From contig CADBVV010000001.1 in NCBI GenBank assembly GCA_902798205.1, positions 69,621-133,620 on the forward strand: DNA of 64,000 nucleotides, in the 5' to 3' direction. The translations under genes and the position numbers were made by a program. This document shows positions 1-8,483 of the stretch, piece by piece. Position 1 is the first letter of the stretch; each line of letters starts with the position of its first letter. The stretch is from an uncultured Pseudomonadota bacterium (lineage in GTDB: Bacteria > Pseudomonadota > Alphaproteobacteria > Rs-D84). The notes beneath the pieces are model-generated. The model was not told the origin of the DNA. It did not search any database and worked only from the letters and a program-made list of their open reading frames with translations.

Positions 1-1095
1 ATGGGAACATTTTCAAAGACATCTTTCTTTGGTGCCCCTGTTAATCCGTGGCAAATGGAAAAAAGATTAACAGCCGGTGGTTCATCTGGTGGTTCGACAT
101 CTGCCGTTGCCAGCGGTCTTGCAATTGCAGCAACCGGAACAGATACAGGTGGTTCAATTCGTTTTCCATCTGCAATGACTGGTTTGGTTGGTATGAAACC
201 AACATATGGTTTATGTTCACGTTGGGGTTGTGTTGCATTTGCATCCAGTCTTGATACCCCCGGCCCTATTACACGCACAGTTGATGATGCCGCGTTAATG
301 TTATCTGCGATGGCGGGACATGATGATAAAGATTCGACATCTTCTCCGAATGCACATTTTGAAAGCGATGGTAATTTACAACCAATTTTGGGTAATGGCA
401 AAAAATTACGTGTTGGCGTGATCAAAGAATTTAATGATGTAAAAATTTCAGACGACATGAAAAATCTGTTTGAAAAACGTATTGCCGATTTGAAATCTAT
501 GGGTGCAGAAATTGTCGAAGTATCGATTCCAAATATTTTGGACGCATTGGCGGCATATTATATTATCGCCCCTGCAGAAGCTTCTTCAAACCTGGCACGT
601 TATGATGGTATGAAATATGGTCTGCGCGTCGAAGGCGAAGATTTAATTGATACATATAAAAAGACACGTGCTGCCGGATTTGGCGAAGAAGTTCAACGTC
701 GTATGATTATCGGTACCGCGGTATTATCAAGTGAATCTTATGAAGTATATTTCATGCAGGCTGCCCGCGTTCGTCGTATGATTGCTGACAGTTTCAAATC
801 TGCATTTGAACAATGTGATTTGATTGTTTGTCCATCATCTGCCGGAACGGCAATGCCACTTGATTCAGATTTAACCCCACTTGAATACTATGCGCTTGAT
901 TTATTCACAGTTGCAATGAATTTGGCCGGGATACCATCGGTTTCTGTTCCATGTGGATTGGCACAAAATGGATTGCCACTCGGTATGCAGGTTGTTGGCC
1001 CAAGATTTGCAGATATGCAGGTTTTGCAATTGGCAAAACATATCGAAACCGCTGCAGCAATTGATAATCGTCCAACAATAATAATGGGGAAATAA
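1..1095 (+). CDS. gatA: Glu/Asp-tRNA amidotransferase subunit A, 5'-truncated by the window edge (C-terminal ~364 aa)
   Basis: Frame is open from base 1. Amidase signature GGSSGGS and TDTGGSIRFPS are present. gatB follows after a tRNA. Confidence 0.9.
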   Translation: MGTFSKTSFFGAPVNPWQMEKRLTAGGSSGGSTSAVASGLAIAATGTDTGGSIRFPSAMTGLVGMKPTYGLCSRWGCVAFASSLDTPGPITRTVDDAALMLSAMAGHDDKDSTSSPNAHFESDGNLQPILGNGKKLRVGVIKEFNDVKISDDMKNLFEKRIADLKSMGAEIVEVSIPNILDALAAYYIIAPAEASSNLARYDGMKYGLRVEGEDLIDTYKKTRAAGFGEEVQRRMIIGTAVLSSESYEVYFMQAARVRRMIADSFKSAFEQCDLIVCPSSAGTAMPLDSDLTPLEYYALDLFTVAMNLAGIPSVSVPCGLAQNGLPLGMQVVGPRFADMQVLQLAKHIETAAAIDNRPTIIMGK

Positions 1096-1099
1096 AAAA

Positions 1100-1175
1100 T
1101 GGTGGCTAGAAGTAGAATCGAACTACTGACACAGGGATTTTCAGTCCCTTGCTCTACCAACTGAGCTATCTAGCC
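1100..1175 (-). tRNA. tRNA-Phe (anticodon GAA), CCA encoded
   Basis: The reverse complement GGCTAGATAGCTCAGTTGGTAGAGCAAGGGACTGAAAATCCCTGTGTCAGTAGTTCGATTCTACTTCTAGCCACCA folds as a cloverleaf. It has a 7-bp acceptor stem, anticodon loop CTGAAAA and T-loop GTTCGATTC. Confidence 0.93.
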
Positions 1176-1229
1176 ATCCGTGAGGAACATAATATAGTAT
1201 AAAAAAACAAAAAGCAAGGAAAAATAAAA

Positions 1230-2756
1230 ATGTTTACGATAAAAGGCAAAACAACAGATTGGGAATTGGTTATTGGATTAGAAACTCATATCGAGGTTTT
1301 ATCTAACAGTAAAATTTTCAGCGGTGCATCCGCAAACTATAATCCAACAATTGCCTCTAATACCCAGGCTTGCATGGTTGACGTTGCAATGCCAGGAATG
1401 TTGCCGGTATTGAATAAATATTGTGTTGAACAAGCTATTAAATTTGGTTTGGGTATAAATGCAGAAATTTCCAAACATTCTAAATTTGCCCGTAAACAAT
1501 ATTTTTATCCTGACCTGCCCCAAGGTTATCAGATTTCACAACCAGCCGAAGAACCACCAGTGGTTGGACGTGGTTGGATTGAAATTATGGGTGACGATGG
1601 AAATCCAAAAAAGATTTTCATTGAACGCGCACATTTGGAACAGGATGCTGGTAAATTAAAACACGATATGCACCCAACAAAATCTATGGCGGACTATAAC
1701 CGTACAGGTGTTACATTACTTGAAATCGTTACATTTTTGGATGTTAAAAACCCTGAAAATAATTCATATATAACATCCCCTGATGAAGCCGAAAGATATC
1801 TGCGTGAAATCCGCGAAATTGCACGTGCATTGGGTGTTTCAAAAGCAAATATGGAAGAAGGTTCTATGCGTGCTGACGTAAACGTATCTGTTCGTCCTGT
1901 TGGCGAAAAAACTTTCCGCACACGTACAGAAACCAAAAACATGGTGTCATTTAAGTTTATAAAGTCTGCAATCGAATACGAAGCACGTCGTCAAATTGAA
2001 ATTTATGAAAATGGCGGAACAGTATCACAAGACACAATGCGCTATTCACAAAGCGAAGGAACAACATCTGTTTTGCGCAGCAAAGAAAATGCACTTGATT
2101 ACCGTTATTTCCCAGATCCAGATTTATTGGAATTAGAAATCACAGACGATGAAATTGAACGCATTCGTAAAACAATGCCAGAATTGCCATCTGCAACACG
2201 CGCAAGATACATTAATGAATATGGTTTATCCGAATATGATGCAAATCGTTTAACTGAAACAGTTGATATTTCACATTGGTATGACACAGCAGTTGATGGC
2301 AAAAAAGAACGTTCAAAACCAGTTGCTAACTGGATGATATCTGAATTGTTTGCACATCCTGAAAACTTTGATATCACAAATGAAATCAAAGAAAATACAG
2401 ATCCAGATGCACCACGTATTATTACACCTGAAAACATTTCTGAATTGGTCGATATGATTGCCAAAAACGAAATCAACGGTAAACAAGCCAAAGAAATATT
2501 CATCAAAATGTTGGATGGCGAACGTGGCACAATCCATGAAATTGCCGATAAATATGGTATGAAACAAATCACTGATACCGGTGCAATTGAAAGTGCCGTT
2601 GATGAAGTTATCAAAAACAATCCGTCCCAGGTTGAACAATATAAATCTGGCAAGGTTGGATTACTTGGCTTCTTTGTTGGCAATGTTATGAAAGCAACAC
2701 ATGGTCAGGCAAACCCAGCAATGGTAAGCGATTTATTAAAACAAAAATTGGGATAA
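1230..2756 (+). CDS. gatB: Glu/Asp-tRNA amidotransferase subunit B
   Basis: 508 aa. The N-terminus WELVIGLETHIEV and the YFYPDLPQGYQISQ motif are typical of GatB, and a C-terminal GatB/YqeY-like domain is present. Confidence 0.93.
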   Translation: MFTIKGKTTDWELVIGLETHIEVLSNSKIFSGASANYNPTIASNTQACMVDVAMPGMLPVLNKYCVEQAIKFGLGINAEISKHSKFARKQYFYPDLPQGYQISQPAEEPPVVGRGWIEIMGDDGNPKKIFIERAHLEQDAGKLKHDMHPTKSMADYNRTGVTLLEIVTFLDVKNPENNSYITSPDEAERYLREIREIARALGVSKANMEEGSMRADVNVSVRPVGEKTFRTRTETKNMVSFKFIKSAIEYEARRQIEIYENGGTVSQDTMRYSQSEGTTSVLRSKENALDYRYFPDPDLLELEITDDEIERIRKTMPELPSATRARYINEYGLSEYDANRLTETVDISHWYDTAVDGKKERSKPVANWMISELFAHPENFDITNEIKENTDPDAPRIITPENISELVDMIAKNEINGKQAKEIFIKMLDGERGTIHEIADKYGMKQITDTGAIESAVDEVIKNNPSQVEQYKSGKVGLLGFFVGNVMKATHGQANPAMVSDLLKQKLG

Positions 2757-2759
2757 TTT

Positions 2760-2942
2760 ATGAAAGATATGGTACATGCTTTGGCATTAATCAATCGTGA
2801 AATGATACGTTTTTCTGCGCTTGCAAAAATTGACAGTTCCGCAAAAAACAAACAATATAAATCTTTGCACGATTCTTATACCAAGGCACGCGCCAGACAA
2901 TATCAACAAATTCGAACAACCAAAAGAACAAAATATAAATAA
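2760..2942 (+). CDS. Hypothetical small protein (60 aa) with a basic K/R/Q-rich C-terminal tail
   Basis: The ORF starts 4 nt after the gatB stop on the same strand. No family recognised. Confidence 0.3.
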   Translation: MKDMVHALALINREMIRFSALAKIDSSAKNKQYKSLHDSYTKARARQYQQIRTTKRTKYK

Positions 2943-2952
2943 GGATAAACAA

Positions 2953-3120
2953 ATGCAAATAATAGCTATTGTCGAAGATAATCATGTAACTGGTGTTGTA
3001 TATGGCACAGTTGAAATACACGATGAAAAAATTTTAAAACAAAAACATCTAAAAGCTTATAACAAGGCAATCGCACAAACAAAACAAAGACAACATAAAA
3101 AAAATACAAGACAAAAATAA
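2953..3120 (+). CDS. Hypothetical small protein (55 aa) with a basic C-terminal tail
   Basis: An internal ATG of ORF 2821..3120 is preceded by AAGGA at 2941-2945. It starts 11 nt after the previous stop. No family recognised. Confidence 0.35.
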   Translation: MQIIAIVEDNHVTGVVYGTVEIHDEKILKQKHLKAYNKAIAQTKQRQHKKNTRQK

Positions 3121-3122
3121 AA

Positions 3123-3458
3123 ATGCAAAACATTATCGTTTTTATTTCACCAGACATAGATTATATGATGCGGGATAAAATAGCACATGTTTTATCCCTG
3201 AATCATATTGAAATAACACCCGATATAAATTGTGCAAATCTTGTAATACAAAAAGAAGATATTGAAGAAAGTATTCAGAAAATTTTTGAAAAATTAAATT
3301 CAAAACCTTATGAAATTGTTGGCTTTCCAATAGAAGTGCCAATAACACCAACAAAAAAAATTAAACACTATGTTCCAAAAAACATTGATATAAAACGTTT
3401 TAATAAAACAAGACAATTTAACAAACAAACAATATTTAACAGATATAAAAACAGATAA
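3123..3458 (+). CDS. Hypothetical protein (111 aa) with a basic C-terminal tail
   Basis: It starts 3 nt after the previous stop and ends 4 nt before miaB, on the same strand. No family recognised. Confidence 0.4.
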   Translation: MQNIIVFISPDIDYMMRDKIAHVLSLNHIEITPDINCANLVIQKEDIEESIQKIFEKLNSKPYEIVGFPIEVPITPTKKIKHYVPKNIDIKRFNKTRQFNKQTIFNRYKNR

Positions 3459-3461
3459 AAA

Positions 3462-4763
3462 ATGCAAAAATTCTTTATACAAACTTTTGGTTGCCAAATG
3501 AACGTGTATGACGGACAAAGAATTGCCGCCATGCTGGAAAAACATGGTTTCACACAGACAGAAGATGTTGCTGATGCAGATTTAATTATATTAAACACCT
3601 GCTCTGTTCGTGCCAAGGCAACCGATAAAGTTTATTCTGCATTGGGCAGAATACGACGTGTAAAGAAAGAATCTGCCCTGCTTGGGATCGTTGGTTGTGT
3701 TGCACGTGAATCTGGTTCTGATGCATTTAGACGAATTCCAGAATTGAATTTTGTTTTGGGTCCACAAAGTTATCATAAATTACCAGAAATTATTAAAAAC
3801 CCAGATACAAAATTATTAAATATTGATTTGGGTGGTTTGGAAAAATTCGACGAATTACCACAAATGACAAAAACCCCGTTGGTTGCGTATATTCCAATTC
3901 AAGAAGGTTGTAACCATTGTTGTACATATTGTATCGTTCCATACACACGTGGTCGTGAATTATCCCGTCCATTTAATGACGTTTTAAAAGACACAATAAA
4001 CGCTGCAAAAACTGGTGCAATTGAAATATGTTTTCTTGGGCAAAATGTAAATGGATATAAATATACCGATGAAAAAGGCACTTTATATAAACTGTCTGAT
4101 TTGATTCGCGAAACTGCTAAACTACCCGAAATCAGCCGTATACGCTTTACATCCAGTTATCCAACAGAAATGTCCGATGATTTGATTGAAATGTTTGGAA
4201 TTGAACCAAAATTATTACCATTTTTAAATATGCCTATTCAAAGTGGATCACCACGCATTTTGAAAAAAATGAACAGACCTGATGATATAGATGCATATAA
4301 AACGATTGTAAAAAAATTAAAAAACGTTCGTCCAGACATTCAAATATCATCTGATTTTATTGTTGGTTTTCCAGACGAAAATGATGAAGATTTCGAAGAA
4401 ACATTAAATATTGCACATGAAATAAAATATATAAATTCATATTCTTTTAAATATTCGCCACGTCCACATACGGCGGCAGCATTAATGCCAAACCAAATCA
4501 GCGAACAAATAAAATCGGTTCGCCTGCAAAGACTTGATTTACAATTAAATGAAAATCAACGCGAATTTAATATGTCTTGTATCGGCAAAGAAATGATTTG
4601 TTTATACGAAAGCGTTGACAAGACAGGTCGTCACCTTGTGTTCCGCACACCATATATGCAACAATGCATTGTTGATAAACCTGATTATGATATTGAACCA
4701 TTACAAAAAATAAAAATCACAGATGCTAATAAATCTTGTTTGCGGGGTGAAATAATCAAATAA
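3462..4763 (+). CDS. miaB: tRNA-2-methylthio-N6-dimethylallyladenosine synthase (radical SAM methylthiotransferase)
   Basis: 433 aa. It has the N-terminal FIQTFGCQMN and NTCSVR cysteines, the radical-SAM motif CNHCCTYCIVP, and a C-terminal TRAM-like region. Confidence 0.92.
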   Translation: MQKFFIQTFGCQMNVYDGQRIAAMLEKHGFTQTEDVADADLIILNTCSVRAKATDKVYSALGRIRRVKKESALLGIVGCVARESGSDAFRRIPELNFVLGPQSYHKLPEIIKNPDTKLLNIDLGGLEKFDELPQMTKTPLVAYIPIQEGCNHCCTYCIVPYTRGRELSRPFNDVLKDTINAAKTGAIEICFLGQNVNGYKYTDEKGTLYKLSDLIRETAKLPEISRIRFTSSYPTEMSDDLIEMFGIEPKLLPFLNMPIQSGSPRILKKMNRPDDIDAYKTIVKKLKNVRPDIQISSDFIVGFPDENDEDFEETLNIAHEIKYINSYSFKYSPRPHTAAALMPNQISEQIKSVRLQRLDLQLNENQREFNMSCIGKEMICLYESVDKTGRHLVFRTPYMQQCIVDKPDYDIEPLQKIKITDANKSCLRGEIIK

Positions 4764-4765
4764 AA

Positions 4766-6052
4766 TTAAAATTGAATATTTGCATTTAATGAGAATTTGT
4801 AATTTGTCGCAAATTCGTCCTTGAATGCATTGACTGATGCAAAAGCCCCTGCTTTATCAACAACAGACAAGAAACCTATCTTTAATCCAATATTCCAATC
4901 ACCTTGTTCATCCACAGAAACATTTGCGGCATATTCATATTTAATGCCATCCATTACAAAATCATATCTGGCGATTGCACCAGTATGTAAATTTATATCT
5001 GTATCCACCAAATCCATAACTGAATTTCTTTGAACCATAAAACCAACAAATGGCGAAATTGCAAATTCTGATATTTTTGCACAATCATACCCGACACTAA
5101 ATCGCACGTATTCCGACATTCCATTTGGATTATTTGAAATATTTTCATTTATGTATATATCATTAGTTTTGAAATTTGTACGATTTATACCAATCATACC
5201 ATCCAACCAAAGACGATCTATATATTGTTTTGCACGAACATTTAATCCATAGGCAAAACCTGTAAAATCATTAAGATTATCATTATATGAAAAACTGTTT
5301 AAATTAACACCGACCAGGAAATATAAATCTTTATATTTATTCTTTGTGTAAATATTTGCCCCAAAGTTATTTATTTTATCTGATAAGACATAATCAACAT
5401 TTGCCCCAAAACCAGAATCTGTTATATCAGTTAAAAAATCAGATAAATTTGAACGATTTATCGTTTTCATCGGATTCATCAAAATCATAGGATTAAAATG
5501 ATAAGATGAATTCATTACAGAATTCACTTCGTTCATATTTGTTGCCCTGTCCATTGCCAACAACATCTTATCATTTGGATTGTTTTGCCTTATACTTTCA
5601 AGGAATTTTCCACGACTGTTATTAAATACTTTTGTATAATTAGTTTCACGAACCAGATATAATTTTACATTTTCATATTCAGATTCAAAAAGTGTCCTGT
5701 ACAAACCATCAACGTCTTTGATTGTCACATCATTTAAAAGATCTGTACTGGTTATGTGTGCGACCAGATCTCCGTCTTTCCAATTGTTAATATGATTTAT
5801 ATATAATTGAACATTTTCCTTAACATCAACATCGGCAGACCAATTTTGCCAATCTGCCATATCATTTATCACAATTGAAGAATTTGATATTTCGTATTTA
5901 TCCGCATCAGTCCCTTTTATTTCATTAAAATTAATCCGATCAAAATTATTAACCTTTGCAATATGTAGCGCGCCATCAACTTCAACCGGAACATCTGCGA
6001 ATGCTCCAATTGTGACAAACGCCAATAAAAGCAACATTAGGTATTTATTCAT
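4766..6052 (-). CDS. Outer-membrane protein, autotransporter-like beta-barrel with a short passenger
   Basis: Signal peptide MNKYLMLLLLAFVTIGAFA. The C-terminal half shows alternating aromatic/hydrophobic beta-strand patterns and ends in a terminal Phe (NANIQF). Confidence 0.55.
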   Translation of the reverse strand: MNKYLMLLLLAFVTIGAFADVPVEVDGALHIAKVNNFDRINFNEIKGTDADKYEISNSSIVINDMADWQNWSADVDVKENVQLYINHINNWKDGDLVAHITSTDLLNDVTIKDVDGLYRTLFESEYENVKLYLVRETNYTKVFNNSRGKFLESIRQNNPNDKMLLAMDRATNMNEVNSVMNSSYHFNPMILMNPMKTINRSNLSDFLTDITDSGFGANVDYVLSDKINNFGANIYTKNKYKDLYFLVGVNLNSFSYNDNLNDFTGFAYGLNVRAKQYIDRLWLDGMIGINRTNFKTNDIYINENISNNPNGMSEYVRFSVGYDCAKISEFAISPFVGFMVQRNSVMDLVDTDINLHTGAIARYDFVMDGIKYEYAANVSVDEQGDWNIGLKIGFLSVVDKAGAFASVNAFKDEFATNYKFSLNANIQF

Positions 6053-6091
6053 AACACCTGTATGCTAGCACACTGAAAAATTTTTACACAA

Positions 6092-6120
6092 CAAAAAAAT
6101 CCCGTATAAAACGGGATTTC
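6092..6120 (-). terminator. Rho-independent terminator downstream of the 6142..6744 gene
   Basis: Stem atcccgt/acgggat with a 5-nt loop, followed on the minus strand by a T-run. Confidence 0.55.
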
Positions 6121-6141
6121 AAAGCGAAACGAGGAAATGTC

Positions 6142-6744
6142 CTAGAACATATAACGAATACCAACATCGGCACTGAAATTATGCATTCCAGATGCAACAT
6201 CGATATAGTTATAACGTGCGGCAACTTCAACATCAAAGCAACCAAATGGCATCGCCAAACCCAAAGTTCCCATTGCAGAAAATGCAGTGTTATTATCACT
6301 TTGATCTGCAGCCTGGGTATCAATAAATGCCATACCGGCACCAAGACCTGCGAATGGTTGGATATAATGGAAATGCCACAAATCCATATATGCATTGGCC
6401 ATCAATTCAATATTTTTTGATGACACCCCGACGTTTTCAATATCACCGAAAGATTTGTTTTTATTTCCTTTTGTAAAGAAAGAACCTTCAAATTCAACAC
6501 GTGTTTTATCATACAAAGATAAACCCAACGCTGCGCGTGCTTGATAAATATTTTGTGAAACACTTTCTTTTGTACCGTTATAAGAATAATTTAAATTTCC
6601 GTATGTAGCACCACCACGTAATGAAACATATGGTAAAATTTCCCAACCAAGAAAGTTCGATGTTTGTTGTTCATATGATTGTCCACCTGCAAACGCTGGT
6701 GCGGCAATTAATACTGCCATAGATGTGGCAATAAGTTTTTTCAT
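6142..6744 (-). CDS. Small outer-membrane beta-barrel protein (Omp25/OmpA-like 8-strand barrel type)
   Basis: The start was moved to MKKLIATSMAVLIAAPAFA (ATG 6742-6744), which is preceded by AGGAG. The protein has a signal peptide, an alternating strand pattern and a C-terminal IRYMF. Confidence 0.7.
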   Translation of the reverse strand: MKKLIATSMAVLIAAPAFAGGQSYEQQTSNFLGWEILPYVSLRGGATYGNLNYSYNGTKESVSQNIYQARAALGLSLYDKTRVEFEGSFFTKGNKNKSFGDIENVGVSSKNIELMANAYMDLWHFHYIQPFAGLGAGMAFIDTQAADQSDNNTAFSAMGTLGLAMPFGCFDVEVAARYNYIDVASGMHNFSADVGIRYMF

Positions 6745-6872
6745 AAGTTTCTCCTTTTGTTGCTGATTAATCTCAACACTTTGTATTCTATCAAAGAACA
6801 TACAATATTTATATAGGCACATATCCATAGGATATTTGTCATAATCCAGTAAATCAGCCGTATACAAAAGAT

Positions 6873-7547
6873 TTATGAAATTAATTTTTTAATTACAAAA
6901 TCTGACAAAAACAATCCGAAAGCACCGGTCACAGTTATCATTGAACCAAATTCACGTCCACCATTTGGTTGTGGCGTGGCCTGTTCAACAGAATAAACAA
7001 CTGGAAAATCTTTTAATCTTTCATCACGCACCAAATGTCTTATTTTTGATGCCAATGGACATACTGTTGTTTTTGATATTTTATTGATTTTTATTTTTGA
7101 TATATCTGTTTTTCTTGCTGCACCCATGCTGGAAATAAATGGTATATTATTTTGTTGGCACCATTTATAAAGTGCCATTTTTGATTGCACACTGTCAATG
7201 GCATCAATAACAAAATCAGGTTTTATATCAAGATTTGTTTTATCATCAAAAAATATATTAAATGTATCAACCACAATGTTCGGATTTATATCATGAATCC
7301 TTGATTTTGCTATTTCAACCTTTGGTTTTCCAATAGTGGAATCCAACGCAAACAATTGACGATTTATATTTGATTCTTCGACATTGTCAAAATCAATTAA
7401 TATAATATGCCCCACCCCACTGCGTGCCAAGGCTTCGATTGCAAACGATCCAACCGCGCCACATCCAACAACCATAACCGAAGATTGTTGCAATTTTTTT
7501 ATGGCTTCGTTTCCCAACAGCAAAGAAATTCTATGCAATCTATCCAT
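6873..7547 (-). CDS. tcdA: tRNA threonylcarbamoyladenosine dehydratase (ThiF/MoeB/HesA-fold E1-like)
   Basis: The nucleotide-binding loop VVGCGAVGSFAIEALARSGVGHIILIDFDNVEESNINRQ is typical of TcdA/CsdL. Confidence 0.8.
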   Translation of the reverse strand: MDRLHRISLLLGNEAIKKLQQSSVMVVGCGAVGSFAIEALARSGVGHIILIDFDNVEESNINRQLFALDSTIGKPKVEIAKSRIHDINPNIVVDTFNIFFDDKTNLDIKPDFVIDAIDSVQSKMALYKWCQQNNIPFISSMGAARKTDISKIKINKISKTTVCPLASKIRHLVRDERLKDFPVVYSVEQATPQPNGGREFGSMITVTGAFGLFLSDFVIKKLIS

Positions 7548-8214
7548 TTTGCAAAACCTTTAAAGTATTTTCATATATAATTTCGCCTGCATTGTTTTCA
7601 GATTTTATATTCGATATTTTATCAACCATATCAGATAACACAATATTATTCTTGCCATCTGTTTCGACCAAAATTTTGTTTATTGGTGTGTTTTGTATAT
7701 ATTCTGGCACAACTTTATTAAAAGATATAAAAACATTACCGTTATTGATTAAAGTGTCCAATATTTCAACACTGCCATTAAAACCGTGCGCAACAATCGT
7801 TGGTAATTCAGATTTTTTATATTGTTTTAATATATGCAAGATTTTATCCCACGCGCCAACACAATGTAAAAATACAGACCGCTTTAGTTTTATCGCAATT
7901 TCAAATTGTTTTTGGAACACATCAATTTGTTTATCCATATCTGGTTTATATTTATCCAACCCTATTTCCCCAATCATAAAGGAATCATTTGATTTTAACA
8001 AATTTTCCAATCTTAGTTCAAAACCATCTTTTATATCTGCAACAAACCAAGGATGTACCCCAAATGCGCCATAAACATTTTTATCAACATTGGTTATATT
8101 TATCAAATTTTGCCATTCGGATTCACATGTTGCACAACAAACAGTCGCCACAACACCAGTTTGAACATTGTGTGATATATAATCTATATGCGAATGTGCA
8201 TCTATTATCTTCAT
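7540..8214 (-). CDS. TatD-family metal-dependent hydrolase/DNase
   Basis: N-terminal IDAHSHID metal-binding motif, HCV.. and ETDG-type motifs. It overlaps tcdA by 8 nt. Confidence 0.78.
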   Translation of the reverse strand: MKIIDAHSHIDYISHNVQTGVVATVCCATCESEWQNLINITNVDKNVYGAFGVHPWFVADIKDGFELRLENLLKSNDSFMIGEIGLDKYKPDMDKQIDVFQKQFEIAIKLKRSVFLHCVGAWDKILHILKQYKKSELPTIVAHGFNGSVEILDTLINNGNVFISFNKVVPEYIQNTPINKILVETDGKNNIVLSDMVDKISNIKSENNAGEIIYENTLKVLQNG

Positions 8215-8266
8215 AAGGATTATTTAACCACAAAAAAGCATTTTTTCAAGAATACGCCATAAAAAC

Positions 8267-8295
8267 TTGCATTCGGTGAAAAAAGTGTTTAGAAT
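8267..8295 (+). promoter_or_regulatory. Candidate sigma70-type promoter for tRNA-Lys
   Basis: -35 TTGCAT (8267-8272), 17-nt spacer, -10 TAGAAT (8290-8295), 10 nt upstream of the mature tRNA 5' end. Confidence 0.4.
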
Positions 8296-8305
8296 TGCAA
8301 GCACT

Positions 8306-8381
8306 GGATGCATAGCTCAGTTGGTAGAGCAACTGACTCTTAATCAGTGGGTCCAGGGTTCGAGTCCCTGTGCGTCCACCA
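8306..8381 (+). tRNA. tRNA-Lys (anticodon CUU), CCA encoded
   Basis: GGATGCATAGCTCAGTTGGTAGAGCAACTGACTCTTAATCAGTGGGTCCAGGGTTCGAGTCCCTGTGCGTCCACCA folds as a cloverleaf. The anticodon loop is CTCTTAA and the T-loop is GTTCGAGTC. Confidence 0.93.
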
Positions 8382-8389
8382 GGATAATT

Positions 8390-8418
8390 AACCACCGCAA
8401 GGTGGTTTTTGTTTTTTT
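8390..8418 (+). terminator. Rho-independent terminator after tRNA-Lys
   Basis: Stem aaccacc/ggtggtt with loop gcaa, followed by a long T-run. Confidence 0.65.
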
Positions 8419-8483
8419 GCAAAAAAAATCATAAACTGTATATTTTTTTTGATTTTAGGTTTTTTTTCATTATAATAGTAAAC

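Noticed and set aside
8409-8483. N-terminal extension of the Slam-like ORF (MFFCKKNHKLYIFF...)
   Set aside because: It overlaps the T-run of the tRNA-Lys terminator and encodes Phe/Ile-rich sequence. The downstream ATG at 8484 gives a canonical signal peptide.
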